Of a stretch of DNA of 64,000 bases, positions 10,106 to 21,819 are shown one piece after another. Under the pieces are notes generated by a model, which saw nothing but the letters and a program-made list of their open reading frames with translations, was not told the origin of the DNA and made no database searches. Position 1 is the stretch's first letter. Every line of letters begins with the position of its first letter. This DNA is from an uncultured delta proteobacterium (GTDB taxonomy: Bacteria > Desulfobacterota > Binatia > Bin18): positions 1-64,000 of the forward strand of contig CAVTCR010000055.1 in the NCBI GenBank assembly GCA_963733195.1. Direction: 5' to 3'. A program made the position numbers and the translations under genes.

Positions 10106-13100
10106 ATGAAGTTCTCCGAGATGGTAGATCAAGCCGTTGAGTTTCTGCGCCGGAGAGAACGCGTCTCGTATCGGGCATTGAAACGCGAGTTCGACCTGGA
10201 TGACGAGTCGCTCGAAGATCTGAAAGTGGAACTGATTGATGCCCAACGCATCGCCGTCGATGAAGACGGGAAAGTGCTTGGTATGGGTCGGCGCTAGCGC
10301 CCGTTCCAAGTTCAACGAGTTCCAGAGTTCACAGGTTCATCCCCAACCCCTAACACCTAACACCCAGCCCCCAATTTCCTACACCCCCGCGCATCTGGCC
10401 GAGCGCATCCGCGCAGAGCAAGCGGCGCTGGAAGCCCGCGGCGCTAGTGATGGGGAGCGCAAGACGATCACCGCGCTGTTTGCTGATCTCAAAGGCTCGA
10501 CAGCGTTGATTGAAGGACTCGATCCCGAAGAAGCCCGGGCGATTATTGATCCCGCCCTGCAACTCATGATGGACGCCGTGCATCGCTATGAGGGGTATGT
10601 GGCGCAAGCCTTGGGGGATGGCATCTTTGCCCTGTTCGGTGCGCCGCATTGCTCACGAGGATCATCCCCAGCGGGCGCTCTACGCCGCTTTGCGCATGCA
10701 AGAGGAGATGCGCCGCTATGCGGATCACGCTGCGCGTCAAAAGGGCGTCGCCGCTGCTGATGCGGGTGGGGGTGAATACGGGCGAAGTGGTGCTGCGCTC
10801 GATTCGCAAAGATGACCTGCATGCCGACTACGTGCCGGTCGGTCACTCCACCAACCTGGCGGCGCGCATGGAGCAGATGGCGACGCCCGGCTCGATTCTC
10901 GTGACGGAGTACACCCAGAAACTCACGAAGGTTATTTTGAGTTCAAGGATTTAGGCGCAGACGCAGATCAAAGGGGTGGAAGAGCCGCTCACAGTTTATG
11001 AAGTGCTTGGGCGCAGGGCCACTCCGCACGCGCCTGCAAGTGGCCGCTCGGCGTGGCCTCACGCGCTTTGTCGGGCGTCACAGTGAACTGGAGCAGATGC
11101 AGCGCGCCTTAGAGCACGCCAAAGCCGGCCATGGCCAGATCGTGGGCGTGATGGGCGAGCCAGGGTTAGGGAAGTCGCGGCTGTTCTACGAATTCAAGCT
11201 GCTCTCCCAGAGTGGCTGCCTGATCTTGGAAGCCTACTCCGTCTCGTACGGGAAAGCCTCGCCGTATCTGCCGCTGATCGAATTGCTCAAGAGTTACTTT
11301 CGACATGCAGCCGCAGGATGATGAACGCAAGCGGCGGGAGAAAGTCACCGGCAAAGTCTTGACGCTTCGACCGCAGCCTAGAAGACACCTTGCCCTATCT
11401 GTTTGCCCTGCTCGGCATTGAGGAACAGCCCTCCCCGTTACAGCAGATGGACCCGCAGATTCGGCGGCGGCGGACATTTGACGCCCTCAAGAAGCTGTTC
11501 CTGCGCGAGAGTCTCAACAACCGCTGATCCTGATCTTTGAAGACTTGCACTGGATCGACAGTGAGACGCAAGGGTTTCTCGACATGCTGAGTGAGAGCGT
11601 GGCCAGCGCCGAACTGCTGCTCGTGACAACTATCGCCCTGAGTATCGCCACGAGTGGGGACAGAAGACCTATTACACGCAGTTACGCTTGGCGCCGTTTG
11701 GCAAAGCCGAAGCGGAGGAGTTTCTCGACGCGTTGTTGGGTGACTACCGTGTAGGGGCGACCGGCCGGTCGCCCCTACACGACCTCAAACAGCTGATTCT
11801 GGAGAAGACCGAAGGGACGCCATTTTTCATGGAAGAAGTGGTGCAGACGTTAGCGGAGGAGGGGGTGCTGGTCGGACGACAGGGGCAACTACCGCGCTGG
11901 AGAAAGTCCCGACCGGAGCTGCATATCTCCCCCACCGTGCAAGGGGTCCTAGCGGCCCGCATTGATCGGTTGGCGGCGGAAGAGAAAGCCTTGCTTGCAG
12001 CAGCTCGCCGTGATCGGTCGCGAGTTCCCTGTGAGCTTGGTCCGCCAAGTCATCACCCAACCCGAAGAGGAATTGTATCGCCTCCTCGCCTCCCTCCAGC
12101 GCAAAGAGTTTCTCTACGAGCAGCCCGCCTTTCCGGAGGTCGAGTATATCTTCAAACATGCCCTGACCCAGGAGGTCGCCTACGGCTCGGTGCTGCAAGA
12201 GCGACGCAAAGCCTTACATGAGCGCACGGCGCAGGCAATGGAAGCACTCTACCGCGCCAACCTGGACGACCATTACAGCGAGCTGGCGCATCACTACACG
12301 CGCAGTGGCAATACGGAGAAAGCCATAGAGTACCTGCACCTGGCTGGACAACAGGCGGTGCAACGCTCGGCCAATGTGGAAGCGATCACGTCATCTGACG
12401 ACCGCCTTAGAGCTCCTCAAAACGTTGCCCGACACCCGCGAGCGCGCCCAACAAGAACTCATGCTGCACCTCACTCTGGGCGTGCCGTTACAGGCCACCA
12501 GAAGTTTTTCCTCGCCGGAAGTGAAAGCTACCTATACCCGCGCCCGGGAGCTGTGCCAACAGGTCGGGGAGACCCGCCAGCTCTTCCCGGTCCTCTTTGG
12601 GCTGCGGACGTTTCATCAGGTGCGGGGCGAGTTTCTCACGGCGCGCGAGCTGGGGGAGCAACTCCTGGGCCTGGCCCAGCAGGAGCAAGACCCGGCCTTG
12701 CTCATGGAGGCATATCGGGCGCTGGGCAGCACCTTATTCCATCTTGGTGAGTTCGGCGCTGCCCAGGCGCACCTGGAGCAGGGCCTGACCCTGTATGACG
12801 CTCAGCGCCACCACTCCCATGTGTTCCTCTACGGCGGCATAGAGCCGGGGGTATTTGGCCTCTCCTATGCAGCCTTGGTCCTGTGGCATCTGGGCTATCC
12901 GGACCAGGCGCTACAGAAGAGCGAGGCCGCGCGTACCCTGGCCCAAGAGCTGTCTCATCCATTCAGCTTGGCCGCCGCCCGGGTTTTTGCTGCCATGTTG
13001 CACCAGCTCCGCCGGGAAAGACCCCTGACCCAAGAGTGGGCAGAGGCAGGAATCACCCTCGCGCGCGAGCAAGGATTTCCAGAGTGGTTAGGGCAAGGGA

Positions 13101-13704
13101 CTGTCCTGCAGGGCTGGGCACTGGCCGAACAGGGACAGAGTGAAGAGGGGATTACCCAGATCCGCCAAGGACTGGCCACCCACCAAGCCGTAGGGGCAGG
13201 GATATTTCAATCCTATTATCTTGCCCTGCTGGCCGAGGCCTATGGGAAAGCGGGGCAGGCAGAGGAAGGGCTGGCCGCACTCGCCGAGGCGCTGACGGTG
13301 GTGGACAAAAGCGGCGAGCGTTTTTACGAGGCGGAGCTGTATCGGCTAAGGGCGAGCTGACGCTGCAAAAGGCCAAGTCAAGGTTCAAGGTTCAAAGTCG
13401 AAGACAGTCCGGAGTCCAAAGTCCAAGATCAAAAGTCTGGAAAATACCAATTCCCGAATCCTCAATCCCCAACTCCCACACCGAAGCCGAGGCGTGTTTT
13501 CTCAAAGCCATTGATATTGCGCGAAAGCAACAGGCCAAGTCGCTGGAACTGCGCGCGGTGATGAGCGTGAGCCGCTTGTGGCAGCAGCAGGGCAAGCAGA
13601 AAGAAGCTCACCAGATGTTATCTGAAATCTACGGTTGGTTTACGGAAGGATTTGATACGAAAGATTTGCAAGAGGCCAAGGCGTTGTTAGAAGAGCTGGG
13701 GTAA
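10106..13704 (+). CDS. wHTH-class III adenylate/guanylate cyclase-AAA(STAND)-TPR protein, copy 1 (multiple frameshifts)
   Basis: [26 protein letters not shown], Walker [24 protein letters not shown]-terminal KSLELRA...WFTEGFDT. Confidence 0.9.
11748..11781. repeat. Perfect 34-bp GTAG-type REP-like palindrome inside coding sequence
   Basis: cgtGTAGGGGCGACCGGCCGGTCGCCCCTACacg; variants at 16331-16361 and 26919-26946. Confidence 0.85.
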
Positions 13705-13794
13705 CAGTAATCTCGTTTTGCCGAGATTCCGTATCTGCCGCTCGCGGGCCGCCTGTGCTACTTCTGTCGATACCTGAAGTAAGGAGCAAACCGA

Positions 13795-14124
13795 ATGACG
13801 ACTACGACGGAAAGCGAAACTGTCCATACGATCCTCTCGCTCGCCCGCCAACTTTCCGCAGCACGCCGCCAGTGGGTGGGAGAACTCTTGAGCCGTGAGA
13901 GTGATACTCCCCTTCCAGAGCACGCCACGCTTGATGAGGCTATCGCTCTGTATTTGCTGGATGCCTGTAGCCTGGGTCGGGCGGCGGAGTTGGCTGGCGT
14001 CACACGCTGGGACCTGCAAGACCGGCTGAAAGAGTTGAGAATTCCCCTCTCTGTTGCTGGGGATCAGTCGGCACAAGAAATAGATGACCTTGCGGAGCAA
14101 TTGGAACGCGAAGGCGTTTTGTGA
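13795..14124 (+). CDS. UPF0175 family putative antitoxin
   Basis: AIALY....SLGRAAELAGV HTH-like motif; overlaps the PIN gene. Confidence 0.8.
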   Translation: MTTTTESETVHTILSLARQLSAARRQWVGELLSRESDTPLPEHATLDEAIALYLLDACSLGRAAELAGVTRWDLQDRLKELRIPLSVAGDQSAQEIDDLAEQLEREGVL

Positions 14125-14630
14125 TCGTTGTCAGCGATACGAACATTCTTAGTTCACTAGCGGCTGGCGACGCGCTGCCCGCGTTGTTGCACCTATTCAG
14201 GCGGGTCACATTCTGTATTCCGCCAAGCGTGCGAGACGAACTGCAGGTAGGGTTGGCCAAGGGCAGAACCTACCTTGAGCCCATTTTCCGGGCGATTACG
14301 ACGCAGCAGATCGTCGTGGTTGCGTTATCGTCTGACGAAGAGCACGCGTTGCAGGGATACCCACAGCGGCTGAACCTCGGCGAGCGTCAAGCGATTGCGT
14401 TAGCGCAAACACGGAATGCTGTGGTGTTGAGCAACGATCGGCGTGCGCTTCGTTATTGTCAACAGCAGAATATTCGTGTGGTAAACCTGATTGGTATTCT
14501 TCGTCTACTGTGGCGGCGACAAGTGATGTCACAAAACGAAGTGCTGGCTTTGCTGACAAAAATGGAACAGGGGGAAAACTTAGTGCTCACGCCAGCCCAG
14601 CGGACAGAAATCTTTGCGTCACCGCGTTGA
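14121..14630 (+). CDS. PIN domain protein (DUF3368-like)
   Basis: VVSDTNIL...L..GE..AIALA...SND..A. Confidence 0.85.
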   Translation: MIVVSDTNILSSLAAGDALPALLHLFRRVTFCIPPSVRDELQVGLAKGRTYLEPIFRAITTQQIVVVALSSDEEHALQGYPQRLNLGERQAIALAQTRNAVVLSNDRRALRYCQQQNIRVVNLIGILRLLWRRQVMSQNEVLALLTKMEQGENLVLTPAQRTEIFASPR

Positions 14631-14672
14631 GGCTAGCCAGAGTTCCCATCAACAGTTGTAGGAGGGGAGTCG

Positions 14673-17600
14673 ATGACCTTTGAGGAAGTGCTGACGCAGG
14701 TGCGGGAGCTACTCCAGCGCAAGAGCCGAGTCTCATATCGTGCACTGAAACTACAATTCACCCTTGATGACGACTACCTTGAAGGACTCAAGGATGAGCT
14801 GATCGAGGCTGAGCGTGTAGCGGCAGATGAAGACGGCAAGGTGTTGGTGTGGATCGGCACTACCCAAGAGGACAAGGGGAAAAGGATAACGGATAAAGGG
14901 GGAAACGGCGGAAGAGAAGTTGCCAGCTCTCAGTTCTCAGTTGTTAGTTCCCAACCCCCTACCCCCCAGCTCCCAATCAGCTACACCCCTCCGCATCTCG
15001 CTGAGCGGATTCGCGCAGCAGTAGTCACAGACGGCGAGCGCAAGACCATCACGGCCTTGTTTGCCGATCTCAAAGGCTCCACGGCATTGATTGAAGGACT
15101 CGATCCCGAAGAGGCGCGGGCGATTATTGATCCGGCCTTGCAACTGATGATGGACGCCGTGCATCGCTATGAGGGCTATGTCGCCCAAGCGTTGGGCGAT
15201 GGCATCTTTGCCCTGTTCGGCGCGCCGATTGCCCATGAGGATCATCCCCAACGAGCGCTCTATGCCGCGCTACGCATGCAAGAGGAGATGCGCCGCTATG
15301 CGGATACGCTCAGCGCAAAGGGCTATCCGCCGCTGTTGATGCGGGTCGGGGGTGAACACCGGGGAAGTGGTGCTGCGCTCGATTCGCAAAGACGACTTGC
15401 ATGCGGACTATGTGCCCGTCGGTCACTCCACCAATCTTGCGGCGCGGATGGAGCAACTGGCCGCTCCTGGTTCGATTCTGGTGACTGACTACACCCACAA
15501 GCTCACGGATGGTTATTTTGAGTTCAAGGACTTGGGCAAGACACAAATCAAAGGGGTGGAAGAGCCCCTCAATGTCTACGAAGTCACTCGGCGCTGGGCC
15601 ACTACGCACGCGGTTGCAAGTCTCAGCACGTCGTGGCCTCACGCGCTTTGTCGGACGGCAGAGTGAGCTGGAGCAGATGCAACGGGCGTTAGCGCACGCA
15701 AAAGCCGGGCATGGCCAGATCGTCGGCGTGATGGGTGAGCCAGGGTTAGGCAAGTCGCGCCTGTTCTACGAGTTCAAGCTGACTCTCGCAAAGTGGTTGT
15801 CTGGTGCTGGAAGCCTATTCGGTGTCGCACGGCAAAGCGACGGCCTATCTGCCGGTGATTGAACTGCTCAAGAGCTACTTCGACATTCAGGCCGGGGACG
15901 ATGAACGCAAGCGGCGCGAGAAGGTCAGCGGGAAAGTCTTGACCTTGGACCGCAGCTTGGAAGACACGTTGCCCTATCTGTTTGCCTTGCTGGGCATTGA
16001 AGAGCAGCCCTCGCCGCTGCAGCAGATGGACCCGCAGATTCGGCGGCGACGGACGTTTGAGGCGCTCAAGAAGCTCTTCCTCCGCGAGAGTCTCAATCAG
16101 CCGCTGATCTTGATCTTTGAAGACTTGCACTGGATCGACAGCGAGACGCAAGGGTTTCTCGACATGCTGAGTGAGAGTGTGGCCATCGCGCCAAGGTTCT
16201 GCTGTTGGTGAACTACCGCCCAGAGTATCGCCAGGAGTGGGGACAGAAGACCTATTACACCCAATTGCGCTTGGCACCGTTTGGCAAAGCCGAGGCGGAA
16301 GAATTTCTCGACGCGTTGCTGGGTGACTCCGTAGGGAGACGACCGGCCAGGTCGCCCCTACACGACCTCAAACAGCTCATCTTGGAGAAGACCGAAGGCA
16401 CGCCGTTCTTCATGGAAGAAATGGTCCAGACGCTTGGTGGAAGAAGGGAGTGCTGCACCGGAGACACGCGGGCAACTACCGGCTGGCGAACACGCTCCCG
16501 ACGGCGCTGCATATCCCGCCCACCGTCCAAGGCATACTCGCGGCGCGTATCGACCGGCTCGCCCCGGACGAGAAAGCCTTACTGCAACAGCTCGCGGTCA
16601 TCGGGCGCGAGTTCCCTGTGAGTCTGATCCGCCAGGTCATCACCCAGCCCGAAGACGAACTGTATCGCCTCCTCGCCTCCCTCCAGCGCAAAGAGTTTCT
16701 CTACGAACAGCCGGCTTTCCCGAAGTGGAATACATCTTCAAGCATGCGCTGACCCAGGAAGTGGCCTACAACACGGTGCTGCAGGAGCGGCGCAAAGCGT
16801 TGCACGAGCGGACGGCGCAGGCGATTGGAAACTCTGTACACCACCAAGCTCCAAGATCACTACAGTGACTTAGCCCATCACTACAGCCGCAGTGGTAACA
16901 CCCAGAAGGCGATGGAGTACCTCCGGCCTGGCAGGACAACAAGCCGTGCAGCGCTCGGCCAATGCGGAAGCGATCAGTCATCTCACCACTGCTCTAGAGC
17001 TGCTCAAAACCCTGCCGGATACGCCCGAGCGCGTCCAACAAGAACTCGCACTGCAACTCACCCTGGGAGTACCATTCCAGATCCTCAAGGGGCATGCCGC
17101 CCCCGAGGTGGGCAAAACTTACAACCGGGTCCTAGAGTTGTGCGGGCAGGTGGGGGAAACTGCTCACCTCTTCCCCGCGCTGTTCGGCCTGTGGAGGTTT
17201 TACTTCCTGCGCCCAGACGTGCAAAAAGCGCGTGAACTGGCCGAGCAGATGATGCGTCTGGCCCAGAGCAGCCAAGACCCTTCACTCCTGCTCGAAGCGC
17301 ATCAGGCGTTGGGAACAAGCTTGTTTTGGCTGGGAGAATTGCGGCAAGGCCGAAGGCATCTTGAGCAAGGGATTGCGCTCTACGACATCCAGCAAACACC
17401 GCTCGCATGCCTTTCGCTATGGGATTGATCCTGGGGTGTATTGCCTGTGCTTTGCCGGCTGGAATCTCTGGTGTCTGGGCTATCCGGATCAGGCACTGAA
17501 GAGCACGCAGGATGCATTGCACTTGGCCCACGAGTTAGCTCATCCTCATACTTTGGCTTTTGCCCTCACATTACTTTATGTTCCATCAGTTTCGTCAAGA

Positions 17601-18260
17601 AGAGACAGCCGTGCGAGAACAGGCAGAAGCACTACTCACGCTTTCGACCGAGCATGGGTTTGCCTATCGAGCGGCGTGGGCAACTCATCTTGCAGGGCTG
17701 GGTGCTGGCTGCACAAGGCCAGCAGGGAAGAAGGTCTAGTCCGGATGCAGGAGGGGTTAGCTGCCCAACGGGCTACGGGTGCGGAAGCAGTACATCCGTA
17801 TTTTCTGGCTCTACAGGCCGAAATATATGGAAAAATGGGACAGCTAGAGGAAGGGCTTGCTGCTCTCGCTGAAGCGTCGGCTATGAGGCAAAGGACTGGA
17901 GAGCAGTGGTACGAGGCCGAGCTGTATCGGCTCAAGGGAACGCTTACGCTGCGAGGCAAGTCACAAAGTCAAGGTCAAAGTCAAAAATCAAAAGTCACAG
18001 ACCGATCCCCGACCCCTGACCCCCGACCCCCAGGCGGAGAGCCGAAGACGTGTTTTTCTCAAAGCCATCGAAATCGCCCAAAAGCAGCAAGCCAAATCGC
18101 TGGAACTGCGCGCGGTGATGAGTCTGGCGCGGCTGTGGCAGAGTCAAGGCAAGAGACCGAAGCTCACCAGATGTTATCGGAGATTTACGGCTGGTTCACC
18201 GAAGGGTTTGACACGGAAGACCTCCGAGAAGCGAAGATATTGTTAGCCAAGCTTGCCTAA
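14673..18260 (+). CDS. wHTH-cyclase-AAA-TPR protein, copy 2 (frameshifted)
   Basis: Same motif series as copy 1; cyclase/ATPase core highly similar, TPR region diverged. Confidence 0.9.
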
Positions 18261-18378
18261 TCCAAGGTTGCCAACATTATGTTCGAAAGACATAATGTTG
18301 CTCAATCACACATAGTCATTCGCACTCTCTCTTAATGAAACCCAGAGTGAGAGGGATGAAGAACGACGACTCTGTAAA

Positions 18379-18416
18379 TTCCCTCTCCCGGCTGGGAGAG
18401 GGCTAGGGTGAGGGGG
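18379..18416. repeat. CCCTCTCCC...GGGAGAGGG palindromic intergenic repeat
   Basis: ccctctccc ggct gggagaggg ctagggtgaggg between convergent genes. Confidence 0.6.
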
Positions 18417-18435
18417 ATGAAGAAAGTCGGTTCCG

Positions 18436-19298
18436 TTACTTCGCCGCAGGTTTCATAAACTTGAGTGTCATGCGATCACTCTCGCCGATGGCGACATATT
18501 TCTTCTTTATCGACCTCTTTCAGGCGTAAGGCTGGCGGCAGGGTCCACACGCCTTCTGGGTAGTCTTTGGTATCTTTCGGGTTGGCATTGATTTCAGAAC
18601 GATCCACGAGTTTGAAGCCCGCTTGTTCGGCCATTTTGATGACTTCATCTTCTCGGACATAGCCAGAGGCTGCTTTCGGGTCTTGCGGGACATCGGTCTT
18701 AGCGCGATGTTCAACAACACCAAGGATGACCTCCCGGCTTCAACGCTTTATACATCGCTTGGAAGACCGTTGCGGCTTGGTCTCTCGCCATCCAGTTATG
18801 GACATTGCGGAAGGTCAACACCATGTCGGCGGAGCCCTCTGGAGCGATCTCCGATTTTGGTCGGCGGAGCCAAAACGGTCGGTTTGATTTTGCCGAACAG
18901 GTCAGGGTGCGCGGCGAGTTTCTCGGTATATTTCTGGACAGTGGCGCGGGCAACTTCGGATACGGCTTCCGGGTCGATCCCTACCGCATAATAGGTGCCG
19001 CGCTGCTTGAGGAACGGCGCCAGAATATCGGTATACCATCCAGTGCCAGGCCAAATTTCCACGACGGTCATGTTATCTTTAATCCCGAAAAAGCTCAGGG
19101 TTTCTAGCCGGGTGGCGATATTGGTCACGGGCTTTATCCGCTTCGCTGCGGTGACTTCCGGCAATGAGCGTTTGCAAGGCAGCCGAAGGGCTCCCTTTTT
19201 GCTCGTGATGATCCGCCTGAATTGACTGAACGGTTGTCAGCGCCACACCAACAGTGACAATTCCCATCCAATCTCCACCAGTGCACTGCTTGCATCAT
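18436..19298 (-). CDS. Exported class I SAM-dependent methyltransferase (COG4798-like), frameshifted
   Basis: RDQYRHP.ETL.FFG, VVEIWPG.GWYT, TFRNVHNW, IGESDRMTLKF.KP. Confidence 0.85.
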
Positions 19299-19672
19299 AC
19301 AGAAAGGTCTCCTTCTTGTTTTTCGAGAGCGACGGCCTTTGCTTTCGCCTCTTGGTAGAAGCGGCGGAGCGTCGGTGTCTCTCCGGAGCGAAACGGGCAC
19401 TGGAAGCATTGCATCGTTCCCTTGGCAAAAGTTTGACAACACACTCCCGTTGCCCGTGTCATCGCCCCTTCGACATAGCCTGTGCCGTTCGTTTTCATCA
19501 GTGCGTACAAACAGAGATCGAGAAACCGCCAGACCGACGCTCCCGGTTTGACCACAAACATACTTGGCGGTTGTAATCCTAGAGCTGCGGCTTGCTGGTT
19601 CACAAACTCTTGGGGGGTGAGTCCACCTTCGGCGACCAAAAACATCTCCACCGTCACCATCGTCCGCACCAT
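19295..19672 (-). CDS. Hypothetical protein
   Basis: ORF abutting the methyltransferase start; no motif recognised. Confidence 0.4.
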   Translation of the reverse strand: MVRTMVTVEMFLVAEGGLTPQEFVNQQAAALGLQPPSMFVVKPGASVWRFLDLCLYALMKTNGTGYVEGAMTRATGVCCQTFAKGTMQCFQCPFRSGETPTLRRFYQEAKAKAVALEKQEGDLSV

Positions 19673-19716
19673 TCAGTTGAGAGTGTTACGTTCCGTCGCA
19701 GTAATCTTGAAGGGGT

Positions 19717-19794
19717 TGTCATTCTGAGGAGCAGGGCGACGAAGATGTTTGCTGGTGGGAGATTGCTTCGTTTCTGGTGCCTCTCGCAATGACA
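19717..19794. repeat. GTCATT...GAGATTGCTTCG...GCAATGAC palindromic repeat element
   Basis: Terminal inverted repeat tgtcatt/aatgaca; second family member at 45577-45653. Confidence 0.7.
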
Positions 19795-19890
19795 GATTCT
19801 CTCCTCACTTGGAGATCAGGGAGTGCAATTGGAGATCAGGGAGTCAATGGTTGCTCACGTACCACGTATCGCACGTATCACGCATCAAAC

Positions 19891-20184
19891 TTAGATATCC
19901 ACCCGATCGTAATACCGAATCTTCGGTGGACCGGCTAAGTAGGTGCCGAGTTTCTCCATCGCTCCGGTCTCCGTGCGCCAGGCGAGATATTTCTTATAAT
20001 GCGCGGGCGAGTCCCACCGTTCGTAAAAGACCATATTCCCCTTGTCGTCGAGGTTGTCATAGACATCGATCCCCTGGCATCCAGCATAGGAGCGCGTATC
20101 TGGCAGGTTTGCCTTGAGCATGGCTTTTACGTCGTTCACTGCCTCCGGTTTGACCTGGATTTCGAGTAACACAACACAACTCAT
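19891..20184 (-). CDS. Antibiotic biosynthesis monooxygenase (ABM) family protein
   Basis: TR...GC......E.W.S..H...Y..WR pattern. Confidence 0.85.
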   Translation of the reverse strand: MSCVVLLEIQVKPEAVNDVKAMLKANLPDTRSYAGCQGIDVYDNLDDKGNMVFYERWDSPAHYKKYLAWRTETGAMEKLGTYLAGPPKIRYYDRVDI

Positions 20185-20408
20185 GATCTTTCCCTCCGCT
20201 CTGAATTTATGTGGATAAAAAGCTTCCACATAGGTGAGCGACTGCGACTCTATGCGAGTTGTGGGTAGTCTGTCAAACCGCCGGGTGGAGGTATACCCTC
20301 ACCGAAAATTCACGCAGAGACGTAGAGACACGGAGGGGGAGCAGCGTATATTCTGCCGATGAGGTATCCCCTCACAGAAAATCCACGGAAAAAGGGAGCA
20401 CGTTAGCT

Positions 20409-21641
20409 ATGGCACATGCAGAACCCCAACACCTTCTGAGTGGCTACAAGGTCTTGGATTTTACTCAGGTCCTTGCTGGACCGACGGTCACTCGCTTAAT
20501 GGCAGAGATGGGGGCAGAAATTATCAAGGTCGAGATGATGCCTAACGGTGAAATTTCCCGCTCGTTACCTTTTATGAAAGAGGGCCGCAGTGCTTACTTC
20601 ATCCAGCAGAATCGCGGGAAAAAAAGTCTCTGCATTGATCCCCGGCACCCGAAGGGGCAGGAGATCCTCAAAGAGTTGATTAAGAAGGTCGATGTGCGTG
20701 GTCGAGAATTTCTCACCCGGCACGATTGCCCGCTTGGGGTTTGGTTATGATGTGGTGAAAGAGTTGAACCCGCGCATCATCATGTGTTCGATTTCCGCGC
20801 TTGGGCAGACGGGACCGCTGTCCAGCTGTGCCTGGGTACGACTACATCGGGCAAGCCTACGCTGGCGTCACCTATATGATTGGCGACCCCGATGGGGCTC
20901 CTTCCTTTCCGATGTTAGGAATTGGTGATGTCAGCACCGGAGTGCATGCGTATGCCGCCATCGCCAGTGCGTTACTCTACCGCGAGCGCACCGGCAAAGG
21001 ACAATACTTGGACATTGCGCTACTGGATGCTTACTTCCATTGTCACGAACTGAATGTGCAATTGTACAGTGGCACAGGCGGCGCGGTGCAACCAAAACGG
21101 TCCGGCTCTCACCATTACGCCATCAGTCCCGCTGGATTGTTTAAGGGAAAAGACACGTATCTCTTTATTCTGTGCCTGGAACATCAGTGGGCGGTGTTGT
21201 GTCGTGCGATGGGGAAACCGGAACTCATTGAGGACCCGCGTTTCGCTACCAACGCTAAACGCGTGGAACACCAAGCTAGAAATGATATCGGATCATTGAA
21301 GGCTGGATCACCGCGCAGACGAGCGATGACGAGGCAGTTCGTATTCTGCAAGAGGGCCATGTGCCGGTCGCGCCGGTGTTGTCGATTGCTGAAGCCGTCA
21401 ATCATCCCCATTTCCGCGAGCGAGGCACGATCCGCCGAGATTACCGACCGCACGTTTGGCAGAGCTCGACATTCCTGGCATGCCGCTCCGGTTCTCAGAA
21501 TTTCCGGATGATCTGCCCCTCCAGGCGCCTTTTCTCGGCGAACACAATGAAGAGATTCTCACGACACATTTGTCCTACACCGCTGAGCAGGTGCGTGAGT
21601 TGCAGAACGAAGGGGTACTGAAGCAGGACTTGACGAAATGA
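20409..21641 (+). CDS. Class III CoA-transferase (CaiB/BaiF), frameshifted
   Basis: [32 protein letters not shown]. Confidence 0.9.
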
Positions 21642-21649
21642 GGAAAGTA

Positions 21650-21790
21650 TGCAGATGGGAACGACTCGTGACGTTCTACCAGTTTCCCCGTGAGTATTGG
21701 CCGCACCTCAGGACCTCGAACGTAGTCGAGTCACCCTTCGCCACGGTGCTCATCTTGAAGATTTTGCAGGTCATTCAATCTACCTTGAGA
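21650..21790 (+). mobile_element. IS256-family transposase remnant
   Basis: LVTFYQFPREYWPHLRTSNVVESPFATV matches the IS256 C-terminal catalytic-Glu region. Confidence 0.75.
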
Positions 21791-21819
21791 ACAGACCGTC
21801 CACGCAGTGAGAGCACCTT

